Below are positions 9,313 to 18,382 of a stretch of 42,792 nucleotides of DNA, piece by piece. Both the position numbers and the translations under genes were made by a program. Within the stretch, counting starts at the first letter, position 1. Each line of letters opens with the position of its first letter. The notes beneath the pieces were generated by a model. It was not told where the DNA came from. It worked only from the letters and a program-made list of their open reading frames with translations, and did no database searches. The stretch is from Candidatus Peregrinibacteria bacterium UBA1369. Its GTDB lineage: Bacteria > Patescibacteriota > Gracilibacteria > UBA1369. The DNA lies in assembly GCA_002305925.1 (NCBI GenBank), contig DBRL01000017.1, forward strand, positions 29,852 to 72,643. Direction: 5' to 3'.

Positions 9313-10167
9313 ATGAATTACGCCACCTATACGGACAAACAGATTTACAGGCTCTGCCAAGAATACGGCGCGGCCGCGCTGGCGGCGCGCCGGAAATTCG
9401 CCGGGCTGCTGCCGGAGGTTGACAAAAGACGGCTCTACGAGCGCCGCGGCTACGGTTCGATTTATCATTTCGCCGCGCAATTGGTCGGGATGAGCCATGA
9501 ACAGGTGGACGTGGTGTTGCGGTTGGAGCGGCGTCTGGGTGATAAGCCGATCCTGCACCAGGCGCTTACGACAGGCCAAATTAGCGTCAACAAATTGGTG
9601 CGCGTGGTGTCCATCGCCACGGTGGAAAATCACGGGCAGCTGGCGGAAAAAATTGCTACTTTGTCACAGGCGGCGGTGGAAGTTTTTGTGCGCGATTACA
9701 AAAATGAAAATGGCTTGCGGCAGCCGACGGATGGCAGTAAAAGTCTGCGCGCGCAGACCGGGCAAGCGCTGAAATTGGACGCGGATGTGGAGGGGCAACT
9801 GCTGGAAATGCAGGCCCAGGGCATCGATCTAAACGCTTTTCTGCGCGGCGCGCTGGAGCGGAGGGGGCGGGAAATCGCGGAGGAAAAAGACAAATTGGCG
9901 CTGGGGCAGGCAGACCAGAAACCATTTTCCGGCAAACCAGTCACCCGATATGTCCCCGTAAAAATCAGACGCGTTCTGCGGCAGCAATACGGTACGCGCT
10001 GCAGCATGCCCGATTGCCACAGGCAGGCGGTAAATCTGCACCATGAAAAAGGTTTTGCCGCGACGCGCAGCCACGATCCGCGCCACCTCAAGCCGCTTTG
10101 CGCGGGGCATCATCTGTTGGCGCATGCCGGGGATCGGCTGGTGCAGCGATATAGAAGCGGGGGGTAA
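9313..10167 (+). CDS. HNH endonuclease with long helical (DUF222-like) N-terminal region
   Basis: C-terminal RYVP...CSMPDC...LHH...HDPRHLKPLCAGHHLLAH. ATG 9313 preferred over 9262 because TTGATT-N16-TATAAT lies at 9255-9282. Confidence 0.85.
   Translation: MNYATYTDKQIYRLCQEYGAAALAARRKFAGLLPEVDKRRLYERRGYGSIYHFAAQLVGMSHEQVDVVLRLERRLGDKPILHQALTTGQISVNKLVRVVSIATVENHGQLAEKIATLSQAAVEVFVRDYKNENGLRQPTDGSKSLRAQTGQALKLDADVEGQLLEMQAQGIDLNAFLRGALERRGREIAEEKDKLALGQADQKPFSGKPVTRYVPVKIRRVLRQQYGTRCSMPDCHRQAVNLHHEKGFAATRSHDPRHLKPLCAGHHLLAHAGDRLVQRYRSGG
9739..9758. repeat. Palindrome copy 2, in frame inside the HNH gene linker (KSLRAQT)
   Basis: AAAAGTCTGCGCGCGCAGAC, identical to 9037-9056. Confidence 0.9.
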
Positions 10168-10246
10168 AAAGCACAGCTATTTTGTCAAATGACCGCTGGG
10201 CAAAATATGCAAAAATGTACGACGGTGGGTCGGGGTGTGGCGGGGC

Positions 10247-11527
10247 TTAGTTTGATGTGTCGGTGTCGTCGGGTAGCGATGCTGTGGTGGAAAATTCATC
10301 GTCCGTCGATGCCTTGGTTTCGTTAAAGGCGAGTGTTTTTTCGATGAAGCGGTTTTTGGTTTCGCTGGACGTGCCGCGCGCGAAAATTACCAGTGTGGCA
10401 GCGTCGTCAATGGCTCCGGTGAAACCGGCCTGGTCTACCCAGACGATTGATTTGTTCCCGTCCTCGTCGAAGATGACCAGGCAGGCGTCGCCGCCGCTGG
10501 AGTAATATTCATAGAGGCTGTCGGACATTGAGGAGATATTTTCAAAGCCAAAATCGGAACGCGTGTAAATCGGCCACATCATGCAGATGCCGTCTTTTTT
10601 CAGCAGACGGTCGATTTCTTCCCAGTAAATGCGGAAATCAATGTTCGACATAACCGGAAAAACATGGGTGGAAATTGACCAGCTGGCCGTAATGCGGTCA
10701 AAACTGTGATTGTCGAAGGGCACGTTGGGGAAGGCGGCCTTGATCAAATCGGCCTGTTTCATCCGGCGCACGAAGCGGTTGTCGTGAATAATGCTGTCGC
10801 GGATTCTTTTTTCTTCTTCCACGCTGAGATGTTTGCCGGCCAGATTGCGCGCCACTCTTTCTTCGCGGATCTTCGGCTCGATTACGGTGTCGATCAGCCA
10901 GATGTCGCGCAGCCCCCGCCCCAGTCTTTGCATGGTGTGCCAGAGATCGACGGTAAGCATGATTTCGCTGTGATCGCCGACTGTGCGGATCGGGTTTTCT
11001 TTGGGCAGTTCCGAAGTCAGTGTGATGATGTTTTGTCCGACGCGGTCGAAGCTGTCGATGCCTTCGCGTTTTAACTGATCAAAGTATTGCGCCAGTTTTG
11101 TAGCCAGATCTTTGGTTTCCTGGTAACTTTCAAAAATGTTGATCAGGGTTTGGAAGGCTTCCGGTGCCCAACCCAGGAAGGCTTCGGGGTCATGCACAAA
11201 TTCGGCTTCTTCACCGGATTCATAATCGATGCTGGTTACGCCGGGGAGGTCCAGTTTCTGCCAGGGATCGCCGATATTAAGGATACGCGCGTCCTCGGGG
11301 AACAGTTCGTCCAGTGGAATGCCGGATTCCAGGGCGTACTTTTCGGGTGGCCGGCCGGTGAGGGCTTTCTGCGGGGCGTCCAAATCCAGTACGCGCTGTT
11401 CGAGCGCCGCCAGTACGGCGTCACGCTCGGCGGCGCGGATTTCATCGCCGGCCTGGTCGATATCGCGGCGGGTCTGTTTTTTGGCGCGGGGGCGGCGCAT
11501 GTTTTCACTGTTTTTGAGCGTCTGCAT
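10247..11527 (-). CDS. Class I SAM-dependent methyltransferase-like protein with a large helical insertion
   Basis: RILNIGD...VTSIDY, then about 150 aa later VPFDNHSFDRI...IDRLLKKDG. Confidence 0.6.
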   Translation of the reverse strand: MQTLKNSENMRRPRAKKQTRRDIDQAGDEIRAAERDAVLAALEQRVLDLDAPQKALTGRPPEKYALESGIPLDELFPEDARILNIGDPWQKLDLPGVTSIDYESGEEAEFVHDPEAFLGWAPEAFQTLINIFESYQETKDLATKLAQYFDQLKREGIDSFDRVGQNIITLTSELPKENPIRTVGDHSEIMLTVDLWHTMQRLGRGLRDIWLIDTVIEPKIREERVARNLAGKHLSVEEEKRIRDSIIHDNRFVRRMKQADLIKAAFPNVPFDNHSFDRITASWSISTHVFPVMSNIDFRIYWEEIDRLLKKDGICMMWPIYTRSDFGFENISSMSDSLYEYYSSGGDACLVIFDEDGNKSIVWVDQAGFTGAIDDAATLVIFARGTSSETKNRFIEKTLAFNETKASTDDEFSTTASLPDDTDTSN

Positions 11528-11629
11528 GGGGTGGGGAAATTATCTTTTCCCAATATTTTAACATGAATTTGCTTTGACTGTCAGGGGGAAAATATTGTTA
11601 TGGTGTGTGCGATTACTAATACTTTTTTT

Positions 11630-12181
11630 ATGGATAAAAATTATCAAGGGACTGAGGGAGAGAAAGTCATTGAATATTATTTGGAAGATCAGAACATCAA
11701 GTTTATACCGCAGGTTCAGCTCCCTAACCTGAAAGGTGATACGAAAAATTATCGTGTGGCAGATTTTTATCTTCCACAGTACAGGGTTTATTTGGAGTTC
11801 TTGGGCAGGTGGAATGTAGCTGATGACAAGAGTGGTTATATTGAAAAAATGAAGATTTATGCCGACAACAAAATCCCCTGTATTTATATTTATCCGGAAA
11901 ACCTGGGGGCCCTGGGGTTGCTTTTTAATATGAGGATGGAAGAGCAGTTTAAAACTTTTCCTGATTTAAGGGTTGAGAGACTTAAATTCAGGTTTTGGAA
12001 GTTGAAAAAAACTATCCTGCGGGGACTGCTATTATGGATGAGCATGACGCTCTTATTGGTTTTTGCTGAAAATATCTATAACGGGAAGTTGGCCGTGGGC
12101 CTAGTTTCCTTGTGGTTGCCATTGCTGTTCTTCGTGGCTCTGATGGCTTATGCCCTTAAGTTGATTTTCCTGAGAAAATAG
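11630..12181 (+). CDS. PD-(D/E)XK / Vsr-DUF559-like nuclease domain with two C-terminal TM helices
   Basis: TEGE...RVADFYLPQYRVYLEFLG...KMKIY; two hydrophobic segments at the C-terminus; AT-richer than neighbours. Confidence 0.65.
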   Translation: MDKNYQGTEGEKVIEYYLEDQNIKFIPQVQLPNLKGDTKNYRVADFYLPQYRVYLEFLGRWNVADDKSGYIEKMKIYADNKIPCIYIYPENLGALGLLFNMRMEEQFKTFPDLRVERLKFRFWKLKKTILRGLLLWMSMTLLLVFAENIYNGKLAVGLVSLWLPLLFFVALMAYALKLIFLRK

Positions 12182-12194
12182 AGATTCTCTTGAA

Positions 12195-12268
12195 TGGAGC
12201 GGTATACGGGAATCGAACCCGTGTCTCAGCCTTGGGAAGGCCGCATTCTACCATTGAACCAATACCGC
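12195..12268 (-). tRNA. tRNA-Gly (anticodon CCC), CCA encoded
   Basis: GCGGTAT acceptor stem, anticodon arm CGGCC-TTCCCAA-GGCTG, T-loop GGTTCGATTCC, 3' TCCA; 74 nt. Confidence 0.97.
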
Positions 12269-12291
12269 GTGATGTGCAGGAGGTGTAGGCG

Positions 12292-12310
12292 GTCTGAGCG
12301 CGCAGACTTT
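12292..12310. repeat. Palindrome copy 3 (one mismatch) upstream of tRNA-Gly
   Basis: GTCTGAGCGCGCAGACTTT. Confidence 0.7.
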
Positions 12311-12351
12311 ACGGTTGTGAATTTTACAGAATTTTGGAAAATCGGCAACAA

Positions 12352-12933
12352 TTATTTGGGTCGAATCAGGTGGCTGAAAATACCGCGTCTGTGGTTGGAA
12401 GGAGGATCGTCTCCAGCAGATGATGTGGATGATGCTGTGGATGAATCAGAACGCCAGCTCTTTTCCAGGCGGCGTAGTTCGCGGCGGTGTTCGCGGTAAC
12501 GGGGGTCAAATTCAGCTACTCGGGCCCAGAATTTGGGGGAGTGGTTCATTTCGAAAAGATGGCAGTATTCGTGGATGGCGATGTACTGCTGGACGGGCAG
12601 GGGCAGCTTGGCCAGGTCAATATTGAAATTGAGATTGTGGCTGGCGGAGGCCGAGCCCCAGCGCGAGCGCATTTTTTTGTAGCGCACTGCGTTGATCTGG
12701 CGCGGGGCGAAGGCTTTCAGCAGCAGCAGGGTTTCTTCGATGATGTTTTTGGTGGAGCGGCGGTAGAGCTGTTCGGTGAGAATTTTCAACTGTTCGCGCT
12801 GCTGGCGGCTGCTCAGATCATAGCAAAGGGTGGCCCGCGCGGCGTCGGGCAGTATTTCCAGGCGCGATTTTTTCAGGCTGTGGTAGGTGATTTGCAGTGG
12901 CAGGGGGGTGCCGCGGTAGAAAATTTCCGGCAT
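12352..12933 (-). CDS. YgjP/DUF45-type M48 metallopeptidase-like protein
   Basis: MRSRWGS...YIAIHEYCHLFEMNHSPKFW. Confidence 0.9.
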   Translation of the reverse strand: MPEIFYRGTPLPLQITYHSLKKSRLEILPDAARATLCYDLSSRQQREQLKILTEQLYRRSTKNIIEETLLLLKAFAPRQINAVRYKKMRSRWGSASASHNLNFNIDLAKLPLPVQQYIAIHEYCHLFEMNHSPKFWARVAEFDPRYREHRRELRRLEKSWRSDSSTASSTSSAGDDPPSNHRRGIFSHLIRPK

Positions 12934-12998
12934 TGATGCTATTTTGGAAACTGATTCGTGACTACTTTAGGCTCTGGGAACAAATTAAGTCAATTGGC

Positions 12999-13394
12999 AT
13001 GGTGGAAATGGACAGTGAAGAATTCGCCGCCCTGGTGCGGGAGATCTATGAGCGGGAAATCCCGGCCAGATTCAAGGACGCCCTGGAGAATATCGCTCTG
13101 ACCATCGAGGACGAGCCGACCGGGCGGGCCGCGCGCGATGGGCGGACTTTGCTGGGACTGTATGAGGGGGTGCCGAAAATCGCGCCTTTTTCTGTTTTTC
13201 ACGGAGTGCAGCCTTCAAAGATTACGCTCTATCAAAAAAATATTTTGCATTATGCCCGGGACCGGCGCGACCTGGAGGCGCTGATTCAGGAGGTGCTGAT
13301 GCATGAAATCGCCCATTATTTCGGCTATGGTGAGCGGGATATGATTCACATGGATGCGCGTTTGCGTCGCAAACTGGGGCGGGAGGAGGAGTGA
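12999..13394 (+). CDS. Zincin-1 family metallopeptidase
   Basis: LLGLYEGVP...PSKITLY...VLMHEIAHYFG; start chosen to avoid overlap with the divergent gene. Confidence 0.88.
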   Translation: MVEMDSEEFAALVREIYEREIPARFKDALENIALTIEDEPTGRAARDGRTLLGLYEGVPKIAPFSVFHGVQPSKITLYQKNILHYARDRRDLEALIQEVLMHEIAHYFGYGERDMIHMDARLRRKLGREEE

Positions 13395-13396
13395 GG

Positions 13397-13552
13397 CTAT
13401 TTTTTCCCGGCATTTTTTTTCTGACCTGGAAGATGGGTTTTTTCTTTGCCGAGTTTTTTTTGCTGATGGACTTTCTTTTCCAGCGTGAGTAGTTTGGCGC
13501 CGGCATTTTTGTCGACGGGAGTTGTTTCGTGTTTGCGGTGATAGCTTGTCAT
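13397..13552 (-). CDS. Small basic protein (51 aa), below ORF-track cutoff
   Basis: MTSYHRKHETTPVDKNAGAKLLTLEKKVHQQKKLGKEKTHLPGQKKNAGKK*; fills the gap downstream of dus. Confidence 0.5.
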   Translation of the reverse strand: MTSYHRKHETTPVDKNAGAKLLTLEKKVHQQKKLGKEKTHLPGQKKNAGKK

Positions 13553-13588
13553 GGGTGTTTGTTTTAGGGTGATTTGAGCATAGCTGCT

Positions 13589-14695
13589 TTAGGGCTGTTT
13601 GAAAAGTGGACAGTTGTCGATGATTTCCTTTACTTCGGCCGCGCTGTCTGCGGCCATCAGTTCGAGGCGCAGTTCCTTGGAGCCGGGGAAGCCTTTGCAG
13701 TACCAGCCGAGATGTTTTTTCATCGGGGCAAAGACTTTGGGGCCGCCGCCGAAAATCGCTTCGTACAGCTCAGCATGCTCCGCGGCGGCGGCCAGCCGTT
13801 CTGACGGTGTTGGCTGGTGCCCGCCAAAAAACCAGGGGTTGCCAAAGGTGGCGCGGCCCACCAGGACGCCGTCCAGTTTGTAGTCGGCGGTTTTTTGGCG
13901 GGCATCGTGGAGGCTGTCGATGTCGCCGTTGCCGAGAAAAACCGTTTCCGGTCTTTCTTGATGGATCAGGGCGGCGGCTTTGCCGATCTCGTCCCAGTCG
14001 GCCCGGCCACTGTACATTTGGTTGAGGGTGCGGCCGTGCAGGGTGATGCAGTCAGGTTCGGTTTCGAGCAGATGGCTCATCCATTCTTCGGTGATTGGGC
14101 GGTCATAGCCGAGGCGGGTTTTGACTGATATTGGCAGGGGCGAGCGTTTGCTGTCATCAAGTGCGCCGGTTGCGTGCGGCGAGCGTTTTTCCAGCCAGGC
14201 GACGATGTCCGGATGGACGCCGGCCTCCGCCGCGCTGCGGCCGGCGGCTATGTCGATGGTGGCGCGCCGGCAGGCGCGCAGAATTTCTTTGGCCAGTTCG
14301 GGAGTGCGGATCAGACCGGCACCGGCTCCATGGGTGGAGACGCTTTTGGAGGGGCAGCCCATGTTGACGTCGATACCGTCAAAACCCAGGGCGGCGATGA
14401 TGAAACAGGCCTGGTAAAAAGCTTCTGGATTGGTACCGAAAACCTGGGCGACAATCGGATGTTCCAGCTGATCGTAATGAAATGGTAGCAGCGGTTTGGC
14501 TGCCCCGTGGGCCAGTCCTTCGACAGTGGTAAATTCAGTGTAAAGGACGGTTGGCAGCCGTGGTTGTTCGTTCGATGGCGCGGTTGTCCGGCTATGGCGC
14601 AGTACCATTTGCCGAAAGGCCGAGTCGGTGATTCCGTCCATTGGAGCCAGTCCTAGAATTGGTCTTTCAAGTTTTTGCCAAAAGTTTTGGTGCAT
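13589..14695 (-). CDS. tRNA-dihydrouridine synthase (Dus family)
   Basis: LAPMDGITD, DVNMGCP, SVKTRLG, TLHGRT, GNGDI, VGRA..GNPW. Confidence 0.95.
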   Translation of the reverse strand: MHQNFWQKLERPILGLAPMDGITDSAFRQMVLRHSRTTAPSNEQPRLPTVLYTEFTTVEGLAHGAAKPLLPFHYDQLEHPIVAQVFGTNPEAFYQACFIIAALGFDGIDVNMGCPSKSVSTHGAGAGLIRTPELAKEILRACRRATIDIAAGRSAAEAGVHPDIVAWLEKRSPHATGALDDSKRSPLPISVKTRLGYDRPITEEWMSHLLETEPDCITLHGRTLNQMYSGRADWDEIGKAAALIHQERPETVFLGNGDIDSLHDARQKTADYKLDGVLVGRATFGNPWFFGGHQPTPSERLAAAAEHAELYEAIFGGGPKVFAPMKKHLGWYCKGFPGSKELRLELMAADSAAEVKEIIDNCPLFKQP

Positions 14696-14741
14696 CGCCG
14701 GAAGTGTTCTGTTATAATCTGTTCAAACAAAAATTAACACA

Positions 14742-17156
14742 TTGATCATGGCCAAGGTTAAAGCAAAAGCCGTTAAAAACAAAAAGAAATTTTTGACGGC
14801 GGAACAGCTGCAGTGGTTTAAGGATGTACACGCCTATACCAATTATCTGGGGGCGGCTTCGCTTTATCTGAAAGATAATTTTCTGATGGAGAAGCCTCTT
14901 GATCGCGATCAAATCAAAGAGCGCATTTTGGGCCATTGGGGTACGGTACCGGGTTTGAACTTTATTTATGCCCACGCCAATTTTCTGGTCAGCCGCTACA
15001 AACAGGAGGCGATTTTTATCACCGGTCCCGGCCACGGTGCGCCTGCCATTCTGGCCAGCAGTTTTCTGGACGGAACGATGAGTGATTTTTATCGTCAATA
15101 CAGTCATGACGGCAAAGGCATGGGGCAGCTGATCAAGGATTTTTCCTGGCCCTACAAATTGCCCAGCCATGTCACGCCCGATGTGCCTGGTTCAATACTG
15201 GAGGGCGGGGAGTTGGGCTATTCCCTGTCGACTGCTTATGGCGCGGTGATGGACAATCCCAAACTGGTGGTTTTTTGCGTGATTGGAGACGGCGAGGCCG
15301 AATCCGGTCCCTTGGCCGCCTCCTGGCATTCCAACAAGTTTTTGAATCCCGCCGAATCGGGTGCCGTGTTGCCGATTTTACATGTCAACGGTTACAAAAT
15401 TAACAGTCCCACCGTCTATTCCACGATGAGCAATGAAGAGCTGACGGATCTGTTTAAAGGTTTTGGCTATAAGCCATATATAGTGGAAGGGGATCCGGAT
15501 GTTTTACACGAGGAAATGGCCCGTAAAATGGACGAGGTTTATCGTGATATTCAGGAAATTTGGCGGCTGGCCCGTGAGGAGGGAAAGGTCATGCGCGTCA
15601 AATGGCCGATGATTGTTCTGCGTTCAATGAAGGGCTGGACCTGTGTCCGCAATATTGCCGGGAAACGGATTGAGGATAATTTTCGCTCGCATGGTATTCC
15701 GCTCGGTGATCCTGTTGGTGATCCCGAACAGTTTCGGGCCTTGAAAGGCTGGCTGGAATCCTACAAAATCCGCACGCTGGTAGACGGCAAAGGGCGTCCG
15801 TTGCCAAAACTGATGAAGTATTTACCCAAGGGGGATTTGCGTATGGGCAAGTGTAAATATGCTTATGGTGGTAGAATGGTAAAAAACCTGTCTATGCCGC
15901 GGCCGGAGAAATTTGAATTCCGTGGGGAACATGGTGAAGTGATGGGCCAAAATACCCGAATCGCCACCGACTGGCTCAATCAGGTTTTTGTAGAAGATAA
16001 GAAGAAAAACAGGTCGTTGCGCTTTTTTTGCCCGGATGAGACGGCTTCCAATAAAATGGGTAAACTGTTTGAGGGCGGTGGCCGGGAGTATCTCTGGCCT
16101 GTTAAACCTGAAGATGAAAACATCTTCACCAGCGGGCGAGTCAGTGAATTGCTTTCCGAACATACGATGCTGGGCCATCTTTTGGGCTATATATTGACCG
16201 GTCGTCATGGCATGTTCGCCTCTTATGAATCTTTTGCCATGGTCAACGTCAGTATGATCGATCAGCATTGTAAATTTATTAAGCAGGCCAAAAGAATCAA
16301 GTGGCGTAAACCGATTGCTTCGCTCAATTATCTGCTTACCTCCAATTGCTGGCGCCAGGAGCATAATGGTTTTTCACATCAGAACGTTGGTTTTATCAGC
16401 AATGCCCTCGAGCGTCACGGCGACTTTGTCTCGGTCTATTTCCCGCCTGATGGCAACAGTCTGATGGTCACGTGGGAGCAGAATCTGAAGAGCCGCAACC
16501 GGGTCAATGTGGTGGTGGCCGGTAAAACCGATCTGCCACAGTGGTTGAGTGTGAAGGAAGCCCGTCGCCAGTTTGCCGACGGGGTGATGGTTTGGGACTG
16601 GATTGATCCGGATGGGACCAAGGATCCCGATGTGGTGTTTGCGGCGACGGGCGACTATATGATTGAGGAAGTGGCTGCCGCCGTTGATATTTTGCGACAT
16701 GAGATTCCCGAGTTCAAGACACGCTTTGTCTGTGTCAGCGAGTTGACGTCCCTGGGTTTGGGAACCGCCGATCGCCCGTTGGATAACGCCCATGTGGAAC
16801 TTTTTGAGCAGTATTTTGGTAAAACCCAGCCGATTATTTACAATTTTCATGGCTATGCCATTACCATCCGCAAGCTTCTTTTCGGTCATCCGCATGCCGA
16901 TCGTTTCTGCATGCACGGCTATGATGAGGAGGGATCAACCACCACTCCTTTTGACATGCAGGTGAGAAATGAAACTTCCCGTTTTCATTTGGTCATTGAC
17001 GCCCTGCAGCGTGCCGGCATCAACAATGCCAAATATGCCCGCAAGGCTCGAGCATTGGTCAAGAAATATCAGAAAAAACTACTGGAGCACAAAAAATACG
17101 TAATCGAGCACGGGGTTGATTTACCCGAAGTGGTGCACTGGAAGTGGGACAACTGA
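14742..17156 (+). CDS. xfp: Phosphoketolase (XFP family)
   Basis: LGHWGTVPG, GPGHG, EGGELGYSL, GDGEAESGP (TPP), NGYKI, PDETASN, LSEH, QEHNGFSHQ. Confidence 0.96.
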   Translation: MIMAKVKAKAVKNKKKFLTAEQLQWFKDVHAYTNYLGAASLYLKDNFLMEKPLDRDQIKERILGHWGTVPGLNFIYAHANFLVSRYKQEAIFITGPGHGAPAILASSFLDGTMSDFYRQYSHDGKGMGQLIKDFSWPYKLPSHVTPDVPGSILEGGELGYSLSTAYGAVMDNPKLVVFCVIGDGEAESGPLAASWHSNKFLNPAESGAVLPILHVNGYKINSPTVYSTMSNEELTDLFKGFGYKPYIVEGDPDVLHEEMARKMDEVYRDIQEIWRLAREEGKVMRVKWPMIVLRSMKGWTCVRNIAGKRIEDNFRSHGIPLGDPVGDPEQFRALKGWLESYKIRTLVDGKGRPLPKLMKYLPKGDLRMGKCKYAYGGRMVKNLSMPRPEKFEFRGEHGEVMGQNTRIATDWLNQVFVEDKKKNRSLRFFCPDETASNKMGKLFEGGGREYLWPVKPEDENIFTSGRVSELLSEHTMLGHLLGYILTGRHGMFASYESFAMVNVSMIDQHCKFIKQAKRIKWRKPIASLNYLLTSNCWRQEHNGFSHQNVGFISNALERHGDFVSVYFPPDGNSLMVTWEQNLKSRNRVNVVVAGKTDLPQWLSVKEARRQFADGVMVWDWIDPDGTKDPDVVFAATGDYMIEEVAAAVDILRHEIPEFKTRFVCVSELTSLGLGTADRPLDNAHVELFEQYFGKTQPIIYNFHGYAITIRKLLFGHPHADRFCMHGYDEEGSTTTPFDMQVRNETSRFHLVIDALQRAGINNAKYARKARALVKKYQKKLLEHKKYVIEHGVDLPEVVHWKWDN

Positions 17157-17162
17157 TCTGCC

Positions 17163-17606
17163 TTATTCCCGGCTGCGGCTGAGCATTTCCTCGACATTTG
17201 TGAAAAGGGCCGGCGCGCTTAAAGGCTTTTCCATGTATTTGTCGATTACGCCGTCTCTCAAGGCCTCGGTTATAAGTTGAATGATCTTGTGATCCCTTGC
17301 GCCTGTCTGTAGGATGAAACCTTGTCGCAGCGCTTTTCTTTGTTCGAAGCTGTTTCTGGCCAGTACCAAACCTTCTTCCGGTATCAGACCGGAACAGAGT
17401 TCAAGATCGGAGATGACCAGTCCCCGGGGCGGCAATTCCCTCAATGCTTTTTCGCCGTCCTGAAAGTTGGCGGCCTGGATGACGTCATCGTGAATATGGC
17501 TGAGGAGTCTGACGATAGTTCTTCTCAAAAGGTCGTCGTCGTCAATGACCAGTATGCGCTGGGAGTTGGCCATGATTGATACGGCTTGTTCAAGTGGTTT
17601 ATGCAT
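17163..17606 (-). CDS. Single-domain response regulator (receiver only)
   Basis: ILVIDDD, VISD (phosphoacceptor), QTG, YMEKP. Confidence 0.8.
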   Translation of the reverse strand: MHKPLEQAVSIMANSQRILVIDDDDLLRRTIVRLLSHIHDDVIQAANFQDGEKALRELPPRGLVISDLELCSGLIPEEGLVLARNSFEQRKALRQGFILQTGARDHKIIQLITEALRDGVIDKYMEKPLSAPALFTNVEEMLSRSRE

Positions 17607-17624
17607 GGGGTGGCTGGCATTATG

Positions 17625-17652
17625 TTGACACGTGATGATTTTAACTCATAAT
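17625..17652 (+). promoter_or_regulatory. Candidate sigma70 promoter for tal-pgi-tkt-LOG
   Basis: TTGACA-N16-CATAAT. Confidence 0.55.
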
Positions 17653-17728
17653 TTCAAAATTGCAACCACGTCTTTGTTTTTTTGGCTTTTTCCCTTAAAC
17701 TTACAGCTGAAAATAAAAATAGAATTAT

Positions 17729-18382
17729 ATGCAAATCTTTCTCGATACGGCCAATCTTGAGGAGATCAAAAAATATGCCTCCTACGGTTTGTTGGATGGA
17801 GTTACCACCAATCCATCGTTGATTGCCAAGGAAGGCGTCTCACTTGAGAAAAGAATCAAAGAAATCTGTGCGGTGGTGGATGGGCCGGTAAGCGCTGAGG
17901 TGCTGGCTACCGACTATCAGGGAATGCTCGACGAAGCCCGAACATATGCTGGCTGGGCTCCCAATGTGTTTGTCAAACTTCCCCTGACAATGAATGGTAT
18001 CAAGGCCTGTCGTACGCTAACAGGAGAAAGTATCCATGTGAACATGACTCTGGTTTTCAGCATTAACCAGGCGATACTGGCTGCCAAGGCCGGAGCCGAT
18101 CTGGTTAGTCCTTTTGTGGGCCGCCTGGATGACATTTCCGAGGATGGCATGTCCCTGGTTCGTGATATGGTGCAGGTTTTTCGCATCAACAGCTGGGGTG
18201 CCAAGGTGTTGGCCGCGTCGATTCGACATCCCGAGCATGTGGCAGAGGCGGCCCGTGCCGGTGCCGGGATTGTAACCATCCCGCCGGCAATTCTCGAGCA
18301 GATGTTTGTCCATCCCCTGACCGAAAAGGGGTTGGCCCAGTTTTTGGCCGACTGGGAAAAGGTCAAGGATAAACAAAAATAA
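17729..18382 (+). CDS. tal: Transaldolase (short TalC/FSA family)
   Basis: FLDTAN, GVTTNPSL, VKLP. Glu in VSAEV and Phe in SPFVGR indicate transaldolase rather than FSA. Confidence 0.92.
   Translation: MQIFLDTANLEEIKKYASYGLLDGVTTNPSLIAKEGVSLEKRIKEICAVVDGPVSAEVLATDYQGMLDEARTYAGWAPNVFVKLPLTMNGIKACRTLTGESIHVNMTLVFSINQAILAAKAGADLVSPFVGRLDDISEDGMSLVRDMVQVFRINSWGAKVLAASIRHPEHVAEAARAGAGIVTIPPAILEQMFVHPLTEKGLAQFLADWEKVKDKQK

Noticed and set aside
8811-9314. Overlapping Arg/Ala/Pro-rich ORFs on both strands
   Set aside because: Composition is typical of translated GC-rich non-coding DNA; treated as a structured intergenic region.
9012-9758. Degenerate repeat pair as a DGR template/variable repeat
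   Set aside because: Too short, mismatches are not confined to adenines, and there is no reverse transcriptase in the window.
8232-12195. Prophage or integrative element at tRNA-Gly
   Set aside because: No duplicate of the tRNA 3' end, and no integrase or phage genes were seen in this stretch.
12194-12499. 101-aa plus-strand ORF
   Set aside because: It is the antisense reading of tRNA-Gly and the end of the M48 gene.
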